The notes under the pieces were generated by a model. That model worked only from the letters and a program-made list of their open reading frames with translations, did no database searches and had not been told where the DNA came from. Made by a program: the position numbers and the translations under genes. This document shows, one piece after another, positions 19,422 to 29,563 of a stretch of 64,000 nucleotides of DNA. This stretch comes from Parcubacteria group bacterium (lineage in GTDB: Bacteria; Patescibacteriota; Minisyncoccia; SW-4-49-11). Numbering within the stretch: the first letter of the stretch is position 1; every line of letters starts with the position of its first letter. The stretch covers positions 710 to 64,709 of the forward strand of contig CALRBF010000004.1 of assembly GCA_943354045.1 (NCBI GenBank), written 5' to 3'.

Positions 19422-22400
19422 ATGACTAGGATTCTATATGATATAATAAAGTATATGTCAATATACGAAGAAGCATTGCAACAATTAAACTTAGAGCAAA
19501 GAAAGGCAGTAAATATGTTATTAGGTCCTGTTATGGTAGTAGCAGGACCTGGCTCAGGGAAAACTCAATTATTATCTCTTCGTGTTGCTCATATTCTACA
19601 ATCACAGGATATACATGCTGAGAATATTCTTTGTCTTACTTTTACTGATGCAGCTGCTCATAATATGCGACAAAGATTAGCTTCATTTATTGGAAATAAA
19701 GCCTATAATGTACATATTCATACTTTTCATGGCTTTGGTCAATCTTTACTCAAAGATTATCCCGAATATACTGCTGGTATTGAAAAAACAGCAATAGAAT
19801 CTGTATATCAAGCAGAAATTATTAATTCTATTATACAAACATTACCCTATAATCATATTCTTATTCCACGGGGAGAAGATAGAAGCAGTTTGATTAAAAA
19901 TATTGCCTCAGCTATTAATTATATTAAGCAGGCGGGGCTAACTCCATCAGAATATCAAGTAATATTACAGGAAAATAAGGCTCAATATGAATTATTAATT
20001 CCTATTATACAGCAAATTAATGATATTCCCATAATTGGAAAAAAAGATAGACAAGAAAAATTACAGCAATTCCGAATATTGGTTGAATCTATTCCCGAAT
20101 TTCAAACTGATAGATATTTTGAATCATATTCACAAAGCTTAAAAAAATCATTATTATTGGCCCTAGAAGAGACAGAGTCTCTTGAGAAAGAAACATTTAC
20201 ACCCATTTCACAATGGAAATCTAAGCATTTGATTAAGGCAAAAGATGGTAAAAAAACTCTCATAGATTATGAGAGATATGAAAAACAGAGAGCTCTTGGG
20301 GGAATATATCAACAATATCAGGAATATTTACAACAAAATCAGTTATTTGATTTCTCTGATATGTTATTAAATGCTTTAACATTACTCAAAGAAAATGAGT
20401 CTTTAAGAGCAAAACTACAGGAACAATATCAATTTATATTAGTTGATGAATTTCAAGATACTAATGAAGTCCAAATGCAATTAATACTGTCTTTGATAGG
20501 GGATAATCCCGAACCTAATATATTAGTAGTAGGAGATGATGATCAGGGAATTTATGGGTTTCAGGGAGCTGATATATCTCATATGTTTTTCTTTCAACAT
20601 AAATTCCCGACTACTCAATTAATGGTACTTACACAAAATTATCGCTCTCGAAAAGAAATTTTGGATATTGCAAGGCAAGTTATTATTCAAGGAAAAAATA
20701 GATTAGAAACTCGTATAGAAGTATTAGAAAAAAGACTCGAATCAGCTAAATTGAGGCAAGAAGGAGATTTAGCTTATTATGAATTTACTTCACAGGCAGA
20801 AGAATATACCTATATTGCAAATAAAATAGAAGAATTACGTCAATCTCAAGTGGATTTATCAGAAATTGCTATTATTGCTCGTCAACATGCATTTTTAGAG
20901 GAAATAGTACCATTTTTAGCTGAATTAGATATTCCTTTGGAATATGAAAAGCAATATAATCTTTTGAATGAGACTATAATTCATCAGCTGATTACATTAT
21001 TACGGTTTATTTATTCTCTTACTCCAAGTCAGTCTCCACGTAATGATTTGTTGCCAGAAATTTTATCATATTCATTTTGGGGAATTGACACCTTGACAGT
21101 ATGGAAATTTTTTCAAGAAAGAGATTATACCAAGTCATATATAGAAAGGCTATATATTTCTGCCAATAAAGATTTACGGGCAATAGGGGAATTATGTTTA
21201 CATTTAGCTGTTATATCAGAATATGAAACAATAGAATATATTATTTTATATTTAATAGGTTCAATTAAGGATACAAATCGTAATAATTCTCAATTTTCTC
21301 AATTTTATTTAGGTAAAACTGTATTTGAAAAAAGAGAAAATGAATATATTGAGAATTTAGCTAAAATTAAATCATTTATTGAACATATTATTTCGTATAA
21401 ACAAGGGCAAAGATTGACCTTAAAAGATGGCTTGGATACAATTAAAGCTTATCAAAATCAAGGAGGAATGCGAGTAAAAGATACTATTAATACAGGAAAA
21501 CAATCCATTAAATTAATGACAGCTCATAAATCCAAAGGATTGGAATTTGAAACAGTATTTATAATAGGAGCTCATAGTAAAGGCTGGGCATCAAAAGGGA
21601 AGTCTTCAGCATATCCTTTTCCTCTGAATTTACCTATTGTCCCAAAACAAGACTCAGATGATGATTTTCTGAGAATTTTATTTGTAGCATTAACACGCTC
21701 AAAGAATAATTTATTTATTACAAGTCATAAATATAATGATGATGGAAAAGAGCATATATCACTTCCTTACTTATCATTTTTAGAAAAAGGAAAAGCCCCA
21801 CAAGTACAGTCTCTTGATATTGCAAATTCACAGTTAAGAGCAATACAGCCCAATATATTCCATTCTCAAGAAGTATCTTTTTTGGAAGGGGTTATACAGC
21901 AATATTGCTTTAGTGCCTCTCATCTTAATAATTTTGTGGATACGATATATAAAGGGCCCTTAACAGTTTTAGAATCTGCATTATTACATTTTCCATCCAT
22001 AGCTACAATAGCAACTGCATATGGAAATATTCTACATCGCATTTTTCATTATATTTCCCTACAAATTCAATCAGGTCAAGATTTTCCTGATAATATCGAA
22101 TTAATACAAATTGCTATCAAATATTTATCTCAAGAAAGATTAAATAGAGATGATACAGAAAAATTATCACAGAGAATACAAGACCAATTACCCGTATTAA
22201 TACAAGCTAAAAAAGAAAGCTTTTTTGTACCACATGAATCAGAATATAATGTAAGAGAATTATATTTAGAATGGGAAGGAACACCTCTGACGGGTTCAAT
22301 AGATAGAATTGAAGAATATGAAGATTATTATGTAATTGTAGATTTTAAAACAGGATCTCCTATATTATCTTTGGATAATAAACCTAAAAAGGCTTTATTA

Positions 22401-22691
22401 GATAAGTATAAAAGACAATTATGGTTTTATGCTTTTCTTTTGAAAGTAGCTGGCAAATATCAGGATAAGCCCTTACAGGGAAGAATTGATTTTCTGGAAC
22501 CAACTATAGAGGGCGAGTTTATATCTTTATCTATCCCAATTAAGCAATCTGATATAGACTATATAAGTCAACTTACGCAAATTATTTATCATAAAATTAT
22601 TAGTTTAGATTTTCCTGATATTAGTATTTATGCACAAAATCAGGAAGGAGTAGAGCAATTCATTCAAGATTTATTAGAGAATAATGTATAA
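19422..22691 (+). CDS. UvrD/PcrA/AddA-like superfamily-1 helicase with a C-terminal RecB-family (PD-(D/E)xK) nuclease domain
   Basis: Walker A VVAGPGSGKTQLL, UvrD motifs LVDEFQDTN and TAHKSKGLEFETVFII, and a C-terminal GSIDRIEEYEDYYVIVDFKTG nuclease motif. 1089 aa. Confidence 0.8.
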   Translation: MTRILYDIIKYMSIYEEALQQLNLEQRKAVNMLLGPVMVVAGPGSGKTQLLSLRVAHILQSQDIHAENILCLTFTDAAAHNMRQRLASFIGNKAYNVHIHTFHGFGQSLLKDYPEYTAGIEKTAIESVYQAEIINSIIQTLPYNHILIPRGEDRSSLIKNIASAINYIKQAGLTPSEYQVILQENKAQYELLIPIIQQINDIPIIGKKDRQEKLQQFRILVESIPEFQTDRYFESYSQSLKKSLLLALEETESLEKETFTPISQWKSKHLIKAKDGKKTLIDYERYEKQRALGGIYQQYQEYLQQNQLFDFSDMLLNALTLLKENESLRAKLQEQYQFILVDEFQDTNEVQMQLILSLIGDNPEPNILVVGDDDQGIYGFQGADISHMFFFQHKFPTTQLMVLTQNYRSRKEILDIARQVIIQGKNRLETRIEVLEKRLESAKLRQEGDLAYYEFTSQAEEYTYIANKIEELRQSQVDLSEIAIIARQHAFLEEIVPFLAELDIPLEYEKQYNLLNETIIHQLITLLRFIYSLTPSQSPRNDLLPEILSYSFWGIDTLTVWKFFQERDYTKSYIERLYISANKDLRAIGELCLHLAVISEYETIEYIILYLIGSIKDTNRNNSQFSQFYLGKTVFEKRENEYIENLAKIKSFIEHIISYKQGQRLTLKDGLDTIKAYQNQGGMRVKDTINTGKQSIKLMTAHKSKGLEFETVFIIGAHSKGWASKGKSSAYPFPLNLPIVPKQDSDDDFLRILFVALTRSKNNLFITSHKYNDDGKEHISLPYLSFLEKGKAPQVQSLDIANSQLRAIQPNIFHSQEVSFLEGVIQQYCFSASHLNNFVDTIYKGPLTVLESALLHFPSIATIATAYGNILHRIFHYISLQIQSGQDFPDNIELIQIAIKYLSQERLNRDDTEKLSQRIQDQLPVLIQAKKESFFVPHESEYNVRELYLEWEGTPLTGSIDRIEEYEDYYVIVDFKTGSPILSLDNKPKKALLDKYKRQLWFYAFLLKVAGKYQDKPLQGRIDFLEPTIEGEFISLSIPIKQSDIDYISQLTQIIYHKIISLDFPDISIYAQNQEGVEQFIQDLLENNV

Positions 22692-23835
22692 TGAGATGAA
22701 AATAGGAATAGATGCACGATTTTTTGGGAATAGTGGTAAAGGTTTGGGGCGATACACTCAGAAACTTATTGAAGAGTTAGAGAATATTGATCATCATAAT
22801 CAATATTATATCTTTTTAGGATCTCATAATATTGAAGAATATCAACCTAAAAATCCTAATTTTCATAAAATTTTAGCTGATATTCCCTGGTATTCTTGGC
22901 AGGAACAATTATTATTTCCTCAATTATTACGTAAGTATCAATTAGATTTAATGCATTTTTTACATTTTAATGTCCCTATCTTATATAGAAAACCTTATAT
23001 TGTGACTATACATGATTTGATTTTATTAGAATATCCTACGCGTAAAGCTTCAAAATTGAATGGGATTATGTATACATTTAAAAATCTAGTCTATAGAATA
23101 GTTATTATGAATGCAGTATATACTGCAAAAAAAATTGTCACTATATCAGAATATACCAGGCAATCTATTGTGAAACATTTTCATATCCCAGCTAATCAAA
23201 TGGCAATGATATATGAAGGGGTTGATTTAGAGCGATTTAATCCTCTTAATGTGCAATCATTTTCATTCGATAAGTATGGGATTATTGAGGGAAAATATTT
23301 ACTATATGTGGGTAATGTATATCCTCATAAAAATATTGATCGGCTCATTGATGTGTTCTATCATCTTAAACAAAAATTAGATATAGATTCACAATTACAA
23401 TTAGTATTAGTAGGTAAGAGGGATCATTTTTTTGAACAAATTATTACGAAAGTTAATACATTGGGATTATCTCATTCAGTTATATTTCCAGGATATGTAG
23501 CAGATGAGCAGTTGATTTCACTATATGAGAAATGTTTATTTTATGTATTTCCGTCTTTATATGAGGGATTTGGATTACCGCCTCTTGAGGCAATTGCTCT
23601 TGGGGCTCCTATTGTAATATCAAATGCTACCTGTTTACCAGAAATTTTTGGAGAACATATAGAATATTTTGACCCCAAATCGCAGGACAATATGGAACAA
23701 GTTTTATATCATTTTATTATGAGTTTAGAAAAAAGAGAATTACAAAAGCAATATCATCAAGAAATTTTAGCTCAATATTCTTGGGCCGATATGGCAGAAA
23801 GTACAAAAAACCTGTATAATACAATTAAGATATAA
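22684..23835 (+). CDS. Glycosyltransferase, family 1 (GT4-like)
   Basis: FPSLYEGFGLPPLEAIALGAPIVISNATCLPEI is the GT1/GT4 EX7E region. It overlaps the helicase stop by 8 nt. Confidence 0.8.
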   Translation: MYNEMKIGIDARFFGNSGKGLGRYTQKLIEELENIDHHNQYYIFLGSHNIEEYQPKNPNFHKILADIPWYSWQEQLLFPQLLRKYQLDLMHFLHFNVPILYRKPYIVTIHDLILLEYPTRKASKLNGIMYTFKNLVYRIVIMNAVYTAKKIVTISEYTRQSIVKHFHIPANQMAMIYEGVDLERFNPLNVQSFSFDKYGIIEGKYLLYVGNVYPHKNIDRLIDVFYHLKQKLDIDSQLQLVLVGKRDHFFEQIITKVNTLGLSHSVIFPGYVADEQLISLYEKCLFYVFPSLYEGFGLPPLEAIALGAPIVISNATCLPEIFGEHIEYFDPKSQDNMEQVLYHFIMSLEKRELQKQYHQEILAQYSWADMAESTKNLYNTIKI

Positions 23836-23845
23836 ATACAGAATT

Positions 23846-26077
23846 ATGGATAAAAAATCCTCATTGATTATCGATTTGAGACAGCCTCAAACGAAATCGA
23901 TAGGCGAGAATATAGCACAATATATAGAAACAAATACTCATATAGAATTCAGTCCGCTGGATGACTTTGAATTACCCTTAGAAGGAGAAGAAATAATTAT
24001 ACAAGAGCAGATATCCTACACTATTCCGGATGAATCAGAGCTTCATATTAGTTTTATTCCCCAATCTGCAAAAAAATATAAAGCAATAAAAACACAAAAC
24101 CCAATATCCTTCAATATTATTAATAGTAAAATTATCTATACATCCCGTGCATCATTAAGTATATTCTTATCTTTGTGTCTAATTACCGTAATAAGTATAC
24201 CATCCCTTCGAATGATAAATAGTGGAATACGAGTAAAAGATAATCTTACTTTGCAAGCAGCTGCAGGTGAAAAGCTATTAACAAAAACAAATGCAGATAG
24301 TATTCAGGGGCTTGCTGCTTCATTGACAGAAATTTCAAATGGATTAAATAAAAGTGCTGACGATATCTCAGCAATACAGGGAAATCTGTCAGGTATATTG
24401 TCAATAATACCAGGTTTATCAGTAATTCAGGATAGTAGTGACTTAACCGAGAATACCTCACAAGTTATTGCCTTATCAGCAGAATTATCTGAGGCGATAC
24501 AACCTTTTATTAATCAAGATATTAATCCTTTTGATACAAAAAAATCAGTTACTCTTGTGGATGGGGTAAAACATATACAGGAAATTAATAAAAAGCTGGT
24601 CCCAGCCTTGGATAAATTAGATAAGAGCTTAAATGATCTTCCCCTTAATATTATACCCGGCCATAAAGGGGATATTTTACGCCAATTACATACGGATATT
24701 CCAAAATTAAAACAAGTATTACAAGATTCAGATCAATATGTCAATATATTTTTAAATTTTATCGGAAGTGATAGATTGAAGCGCTATGTATTTATTTTTC
24801 AAAATAATCAAGAACTTCGAGCTACAGGAGGATTTATTGGAAGTTTTGGCTTAATGAATTTAGATAAAGGGGTGGTAAAAAGCCTTGATATTCAAGAAAT
24901 ATATAATCCTGATGGTCAATTATTAAAACAAATTTTAGCTCCAGTACCATTGCAAGAGTTGACAACACGATGGTATTTGAGAGATTCTAATTGGTTTGCA
25001 GATTTTCCAACCAGTGCTCAAAAAATTATTTCTTTTTATGAAAAAACGGGAGGGGTAACTCCTGATGGTGTTATTTCGCTAACTCCTACCGTAATAGAAA
25101 GATTATTAACTATTACAGGACCCATTACATTAGATGATTATGGCGTAACAGTTTCAGCTGATAATTTTGTTAAAATCACTCAATATCAGACAGGAGTAGC
25201 TTATGATAAGGTAACTAATAAACCAAAACAATTTATTGCGGATTTAGCTCCAATTCTTATTAATAAATTATTATCAGCTAATAGTAATCAATATCAAAAA
25301 ATTATCGAAGCTTTGAATAACTCTTTTCAGGAAAAACATATTTTATTGTATTTTCTTGATTCTAATTTACAAAATATTGTAATAGATAATAATTTGGGAG
25401 GTAAACTGTATGCTACGAATAAAGATTATTTATCAGTAGTACATACTAATATTGGGGGATATAAAACTGATGGCGTGATAGAGGATGCTATGCAAATTAA
25501 TACAAAAATAGAGAATAATGGGACTATTATTAATAAAGTAACCATAAATCGTAATCATAAAGGGGGAGATACTGAGTATGAATGGTGGAATAAAGACAAT
25601 ATTGATTATATTCGTACCTATATTCCAAAAGGAGCTCGAATACTTCATACTGAAGGATTTATTGATCGGGGGCAAAAAGCTTCGCCGGATGGAGTGGCTT
25701 CCTTTGAGCAGGATGCTGATTTAGTGGCTGTAAATAATACATTACAACATAATAAAGACTGGAATATTGATACTTTTGAAGAAAGTGGTAAATTAGTTAT
25801 TGGAGGGTGGCTTGTTACTAGCCCCAAAGAAAAAAGTCAAGTTATAGTTGAATATGCTCTACCCTTTACGGTAAAAAAGGGAGATTTATATTCTCTTATA
25901 TTACAAAAACAGTCAGGAAGTCTTGGGGTAAGATATCAATATAATTTAGAATTGCCTCCTAAATGGAAATCAGATTGGAATAACTCCTCTTTTAATTTGC
26001 AAAAAACAGATAGCGGGTATAATACAACAAATGGTATACTAAGAATAGATGAATTTATTGGAATACAGATAAGATAG
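23846..26077 (+). CDS. Large membrane-anchored extracytoplasmic protein, DUF4012-like
   Basis: One TM segment (SLSIFLSLCLITVISIPSL) after a roughly 100-aa cytoplasmic N-terminus. The ectodomain carries the motif YVFIFQNNQELRATGGFIGSFG, which resembles the DUF4012 family (recalled from memory, not searched). 743 aa. Confidence 0.45.
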   Translation: MDKKSSLIIDLRQPQTKSIGENIAQYIETNTHIEFSPLDDFELPLEGEEIIIQEQISYTIPDESELHISFIPQSAKKYKAIKTQNPISFNIINSKIIYTSRASLSIFLSLCLITVISIPSLRMINSGIRVKDNLTLQAAAGEKLLTKTNADSIQGLAASLTEISNGLNKSADDISAIQGNLSGILSIIPGLSVIQDSSDLTENTSQVIALSAELSEAIQPFINQDINPFDTKKSVTLVDGVKHIQEINKKLVPALDKLDKSLNDLPLNIIPGHKGDILRQLHTDIPKLKQVLQDSDQYVNIFLNFIGSDRLKRYVFIFQNNQELRATGGFIGSFGLMNLDKGVVKSLDIQEIYNPDGQLLKQILAPVPLQELTTRWYLRDSNWFADFPTSAQKIISFYEKTGGVTPDGVISLTPTVIERLLTITGPITLDDYGVTVSADNFVKITQYQTGVAYDKVTNKPKQFIADLAPILINKLLSANSNQYQKIIEALNNSFQEKHILLYFLDSNLQNIVIDNNLGGKLYATNKDYLSVVHTNIGGYKTDGVIEDAMQINTKIENNGTIINKVTINRNHKGGDTEYEWWNKDNIDYIRTYIPKGARILHTEGFIDRGQKASPDGVASFEQDADLVAVNNTLQHNKDWNIDTFEESGKLVIGGWLVTSPKEKSQVIVEYALPFTVKKGDLYSLILQKQSGSLGVRYQYNLELPPKWKSDWNNSSFNLQKTDSGYNTTNGILRIDEFIGIQIR

Positions 26078-26081
26078 TAAT

Positions 26082-27020
26082 ATGAATATACAAGAAAATA
26101 TTGCATTAAAAGATATATCAACTTTCAAAATTGGGGGCAAAGCTCAATATCTTGTATATGCAGAGAATCAGCAAGATATTATAGAGGCTTTACGATTTGC
26201 TCAGGATAAAGATTTGTCGATTGGATTAATTGGGAGTGGTTGTAATCTTCTCATTCAGGATGAGGATATAGAGGGGGTAATTCTTAAAATGAATACCAAA
26301 TCAATAGAAATTAAAGATAAACAAATATTTGCAGAAGCAGGGGTGAGTTTAGCTATGTTAGCAAATTCCGGCCATAAAGCTAATTTGGTGGGATTAGAAT
26401 GGGCTCCATCTGTCCCATCTAGTGTAGGTGGGGCTATACGAGGAAATGCTGGGGCTTTTGGCGGCGAGACTAAAGATACATTAAAACAAATACGAGTATA
26501 TAGGGGAGGAAGAATTGAAGATATTGATAAAAGTGATATAGATTTTGATTATCGTTATAGTAGTTTTAAAGATGAAAATAACACAGATATTATTCTGGGG
26601 GGATTATTTGAATTAGAAACTGGAGATGTAGCTGTAAGTAAAATACAAATACGAGATAATATTATCAAAAAGAGCCAAAATCAACCTATTGGGGTTGCCT
26701 GCTCAGGATGTATATTTAAAAATTATGAAGGACTAATAAATGAGGATTTATATAATCAATATCCAGATTTAAAGACATTTGTAACAAAAGGTATTATACC
26801 TAGTGGATATTTGATTCAAGAAGCTGGCCTCAAAGGATTCACTCAAGGGGGAATTCAAATTAGTGAAAAACATGGAAATTATATGATTAATACGGGAACT
26901 GGGACTTATAGGGATGTAATTAAGCTTATTGATATGGTAAAGATGAGAATATATGACATATTTGGAGTATCTATTGAAGAAGAAGTAGTATATTTGCATC
27001 AACAAATGAAAAAAAGATAA
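26082..27020 (+). CDS. murB: UDP-N-acetylenolpyruvoylglucosamine reductase
   Basis: FAD-binding N-terminus ISTFKIGGKAQYLVYAENQQDIIEALRFAQDKDLSIGLIGSGCNLLIQD. C-terminal MurB domain. Confidence 0.85.
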   Translation: MNIQENIALKDISTFKIGGKAQYLVYAENQQDIIEALRFAQDKDLSIGLIGSGCNLLIQDEDIEGVILKMNTKSIEIKDKQIFAEAGVSLAMLANSGHKANLVGLEWAPSVPSSVGGAIRGNAGAFGGETKDTLKQIRVYRGGRIEDIDKSDIDFDYRYSSFKDENNTDIILGGLFELETGDVAVSKIQIRDNIIKKSQNQPIGVACSGCIFKNYEGLINEDLYNQYPDLKTFVTKGIIPSGYLIQEAGLKGFTQGGIQISEKHGNYMINTGTGTYRDVIKLIDMVKMRIYDIFGVSIEEEVVYLHQQMKKR

Positions 27021-27021
27021 T

Positions 27022-27720
27022 ATGCTAGATATACCAATTATTTTTATTATAATCGCTTCTTATTTACCTAGTTTTGCTTGGCTTTATTTTGTATTATCAC
27101 AAGATATACATCCCGAAAAAGCAATAGATATTGCAAAAGCTTTTATATTAGGAAATGTTGTAGCGGTGCCTGTAATATTATTTGCTGTATGGGGGAAAGA
27201 TATATTGGATATAATATTTATTTCATTATCACCTACAGTCAGTAGTTTTGTATATGGAGCTTTTATAGAAGAGATTATGAAAGGATTATTTATTTATTGG
27301 TTTGCAATTAATACGAGTCGCTGGAATGAGCCAATTGACACCTTTATTTATGCTGCAACAATAGCTCTTGGTTTTGCTGGTATTGAAAACTTAGCATTTT
27401 CCCTCAAGTTTGCAGCTAATGATTTTAATGAAATGCAGAATTTATTAATATTACGTGGTCTTACCGCAGTATTAGTACATATTATATCCAGCTTCCTTGT
27501 AACCTATGGAATAGTATTTTGGGTAAAAAAGAAAAATATAATAAAGGGTTTATCCCTCATTGGGGCAGGAATTGCTTTTCATGGATTATGGAATTTTGCT
27601 TTAGAAATGTCCCGTATATCTGGGAATGGAATTATAGGAGCAATGTACTTGCTCATCTGTTTGCCGGTATTTTTTGGAATGATTTTGACAGTCAAACATC
27701 TTAAAATTATATCAAAATGA
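27022..27720 (+). CDS. PrsW-like intramembrane metalloprotease (CAAX/Abi superfamily)
   Basis: FIEEIMKGLFIYWF (EExxK), GFAGIENLAFS, HIISSFLVTYG and HGLWNFALE motifs in a polytopic membrane protein. Confidence 0.55.
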   Translation: MLDIPIIFIIIASYLPSFAWLYFVLSQDIHPEKAIDIAKAFILGNVVAVPVILFAVWGKDILDIIFISLSPTVSSFVYGAFIEEIMKGLFIYWFAINTSRWNEPIDTFIYAATIALGFAGIENLAFSLKFAANDFNEMQNLLILRGLTAVLVHIISSFLVTYGIVFWVKKKNIIKGLSLIGAGIAFHGLWNFALEMSRISGNGIIGAMYLLICLPVFFGMILTVKHLKIISK

Positions 27721-27734
27721 AAGTATGTGAGAAT

Positions 27735-27752
27735 AGCACTTGCTTTTTTTTT
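27735..27752 (+). terminator. Weak candidate terminator after the prsW-like gene
   Basis: agca-ct-tgct short hairpin followed by nine T residues. The stem is only 4 bp. Confidence 0.3.
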
Positions 27753-27811
27753 AAAGATTTGATATTATATTAGTAATGCAATACATCTAGTAGTAATTCA
27801 TTAAAAAAAGT

Positions 27812-28330
27812 ATGTCTAGCATTTTACGGAAATTAACAGGAGCAGTAGATTTTGAAGAGTCAGAGTCAGCAATTGGAGATGATATTCAAGAAGATTTAAG
27901 GAGTAGATTTGTTGGTGTAGTAGACTCACCTAACTCTTTATATGAAGATAGTTCAGAAACAACTATTGTAAATCAAACAAGTTTTCAGACAGATGATGAG
28001 TTAGTAGAAGGAGCTCTTACTATTGACGTATATCAAACAGATAATGATATTGTAATTGTGTCTACTATCGCTGGTGTTACCGCTAAAGATTTAGATGTAT
28101 CTATTACGAATGATATGGTAACAGTTTCTGGAGAGAGAAAAAATCCAGTTAAAGTTCGGCAAGAAAATTATTTTTATCAAGAATGTTATTGGGGACCATT
28201 TTCTCGTTCAGTAATTCTACCTATTGATGTTGATGCTGAAAAATCATTAGCTGAACTTAAAGATGGAGTTTTGACTGTTACTCTTCCAAAATCAGAAAAA
28301 GTTAAGATTAAGAAAATTCCTGTAAAGTAA
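27812..28330 (+). CDS. Small heat-shock protein (Hsp20/alpha-crystallin family)
   Basis: ALTIDVYQTDNDIVIVSTIAGVTAKDLDVSITNDMVTVSGER ... LKDGVLTVTLPK alpha-crystallin domain. Confidence 0.85.
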   Translation: MSSILRKLTGAVDFEESESAIGDDIQEDLRSRFVGVVDSPNSLYEDSSETTIVNQTSFQTDDELVEGALTIDVYQTDNDIVIVSTIAGVTAKDLDVSITNDMVTVSGERKNPVKVRQENYFYQECYWGPFSRSVILPIDVDAEKSLAELKDGVLTVTLPKSEKVKIKKIPVK

Positions 28331-28354
28331 AGCTTAATCCTCAAGTATATACTC

Positions 28355-28383
28355 TTGACTAGTGGATGTTTTGGGTGTATACT
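28355..28383 (+). promoter_or_regulatory. Consensus-like sigma70 promoter for rplJ-rplL (TTGACT-17 nt-TATACT)
   Basis: ttgact at 28355-28360, a 17-nt spacer, then tatact at 28378-28383, about 145 nt upstream of rplJ. Confidence 0.6.
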
Positions 28384-28527
28384 ATATAACAAAGCTATAA
28401 GCCTGAGACCATAAGCAGTGTTTACACAGAAGACTTATGTAGGTAAAGCAGTGATACATCGCTGTATTTGTCTTGTCTCGGCAGAAAGGTCGAGCTTTTT
28501 TGTTAGATTAATAGAGAAAATACCGTT
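28384..28527 (+). promoter_or_regulatory. Putative L10(L12) autoregulatory leader (5' UTR of rplJ)
   Basis: A roughly 145-nt structured, relatively GC-richer untranslated leader between the promoter and rplJ, the position where L10-leader elements occur. It ends in a hairpin-like cggcagaaaggtcgagc plus a T-run. The fold was not verified. Confidence 0.3.
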
Positions 28528-29052
28528 ATGGCATTAACAAAGTCACGCAAAAAAGAAATGTTGCAAGAATTGCAATCTACAATTTCTGACTCACAGGGAA
28601 TGGTATTTACTGATTTTCAAGGTTCAGGAGTATCTGCTTTGCAGACACTTCGAACTCAATTGAGAGTAGAGAATGCTCGTTATAAAGTGGTAAAGAAAAC
28701 CTTATTCAATAAAGCTTTACAAAATCTTGGATTCGAGGTTTCATTAGCGGAACAACTTCCAGGAAATCTCGGAGTTGTATTTGCTGGGGATCCAGTATTT
28801 GGAGCAAAAGTAGTAAATGATTTTGCTAAAAAAGCTCCTAAAGATACCTTTACCCTTTTGGGAGGATTATTAGATGGTCAATATCTTGTAGCTGAACAAG
28901 TTACTACTCTTGCTAAACTTCCTACCAAGGAGGTCTTGCAAGCTCAAGTTGTTGGAACTCTTGCAGCTCCAATGACTCAATTCCTGCAAGTAACATCAGG
29001 AGTATCGAGAGGTCTTGTTACCGTAATCTCAGCTTATCGAGATGCGAAATAA
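28528..29052 (+). CDS. rplJ: 50S ribosomal protein L10
   Basis: MALTKSRKKEMLQELQSTISDSQGMVFTDFQGSGVSALQTLRTQLR. Confidence 0.9.
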   Translation: MALTKSRKKEMLQELQSTISDSQGMVFTDFQGSGVSALQTLRTQLRVENARYKVVKKTLFNKALQNLGFEVSLAEQLPGNLGVVFAGDPVFGAKVVNDFAKKAPKDTFTLLGGLLDGQYLVAEQVTTLAKLPTKEVLQAQVVGTLAAPMTQFLQVTSGVSRGLVTVISAYRDAK

Positions 29053-29071
29053 TTAAGTTAAGAATAATCAT

Positions 29072-29470
29072 ATGGCAGAAGAATTCACAGTACCCGCAAA
29101 ATTTGAAAAGATTGTTGATGAAATCAAGAATCTTAGTGTTATCGAATTATCAGAACTAGTAAAAGTTCTTGAAGAAGTTCTTGGTGTATCAGCTGCAGCT
29201 CCAGTTGCAGTAGGTGTTGCCGCTCCAGCTGCAGGAGATGCTCCAGTAGCTGAAGAAAAGTCAGCTTTTGATGTTATCATCGAAGATGCTGGAAGCTCAA
29301 AAATTCAAGTAATCAAAGTAGTAAAAGAAGCTACTGGACTTGGACTTAAAGAAGCTAAGGATATCGTAGATGCAGCTCCTAAAGCTGTTAAAGAAGGAGT
29401 GTCAAAAGCAGATGCTGATGAACTTAAGGCTAAATTACAAGAAGCTGGAGCAACTGTTGTTGTTAAATAA
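29072..29470 (+). CDS. rplL: 50S ribosomal protein L7/L12
   Basis: N-terminal dimerisation region, an Ala/Pro hinge ([18 protein letters not shown]), and a C-terminal domain [48 protein letters not shown]. Confidence 0.9.
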   Translation: MAEEFTVPAKFEKIVDEIKNLSVIELSELVKVLEEVLGVSAAAPVAVGVAAPAAGDAPVAEEKSAFDVIIEDAGSSKIQVIKVVKEATGLGLKEAKDIVDAAPKAVKEGVSKADADELKAKLQEAGATVVVK

Positions 29471-29495
29471 CACTCCATTTCTGTAATAAACAAAA

Positions 29496-29518
29496 CTCCC
29501 CCAAGAAGGGGATTTTTG
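29496..29518 (+). terminator. Rho-independent terminator after rplL
   Basis: ctccccc-aagaa-ggggat hairpin followed by ttttt. No rpoB/rpoC follows. Confidence 0.55.
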
Positions 29519-29563
29519 TTTTATATATGATATAATAAGGATAATTAATTATTTCAATCAAAT

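Noticed and set aside
19422-22691. UvrD-like helicase with C-terminal PD-(D/E)xK nuclease as a phage-defence component (for example Gabija GajB-like or a standalone defence helicase).
   Set aside because: No partner OLD/ATPase nuclease gene. The gene is translationally coupled to housekeeping envelope genes. The architecture (SF1 helicase plus RecB-type nuclease) matches AddA/PcrA-like repair helicases typical of reduced genomes.
27731-27760. Possible CIRCE (HrcA) operator upstream of hsp20, because aTAGCACTtgc resembles the CIRCE left arm TTAGCACTC.
   Set aside because: No matching right arm (GAGTGCTAA) is present within 9-15 nt. The sequence is better explained as a short hairpin plus T-run terminator of the prsW-like gene.
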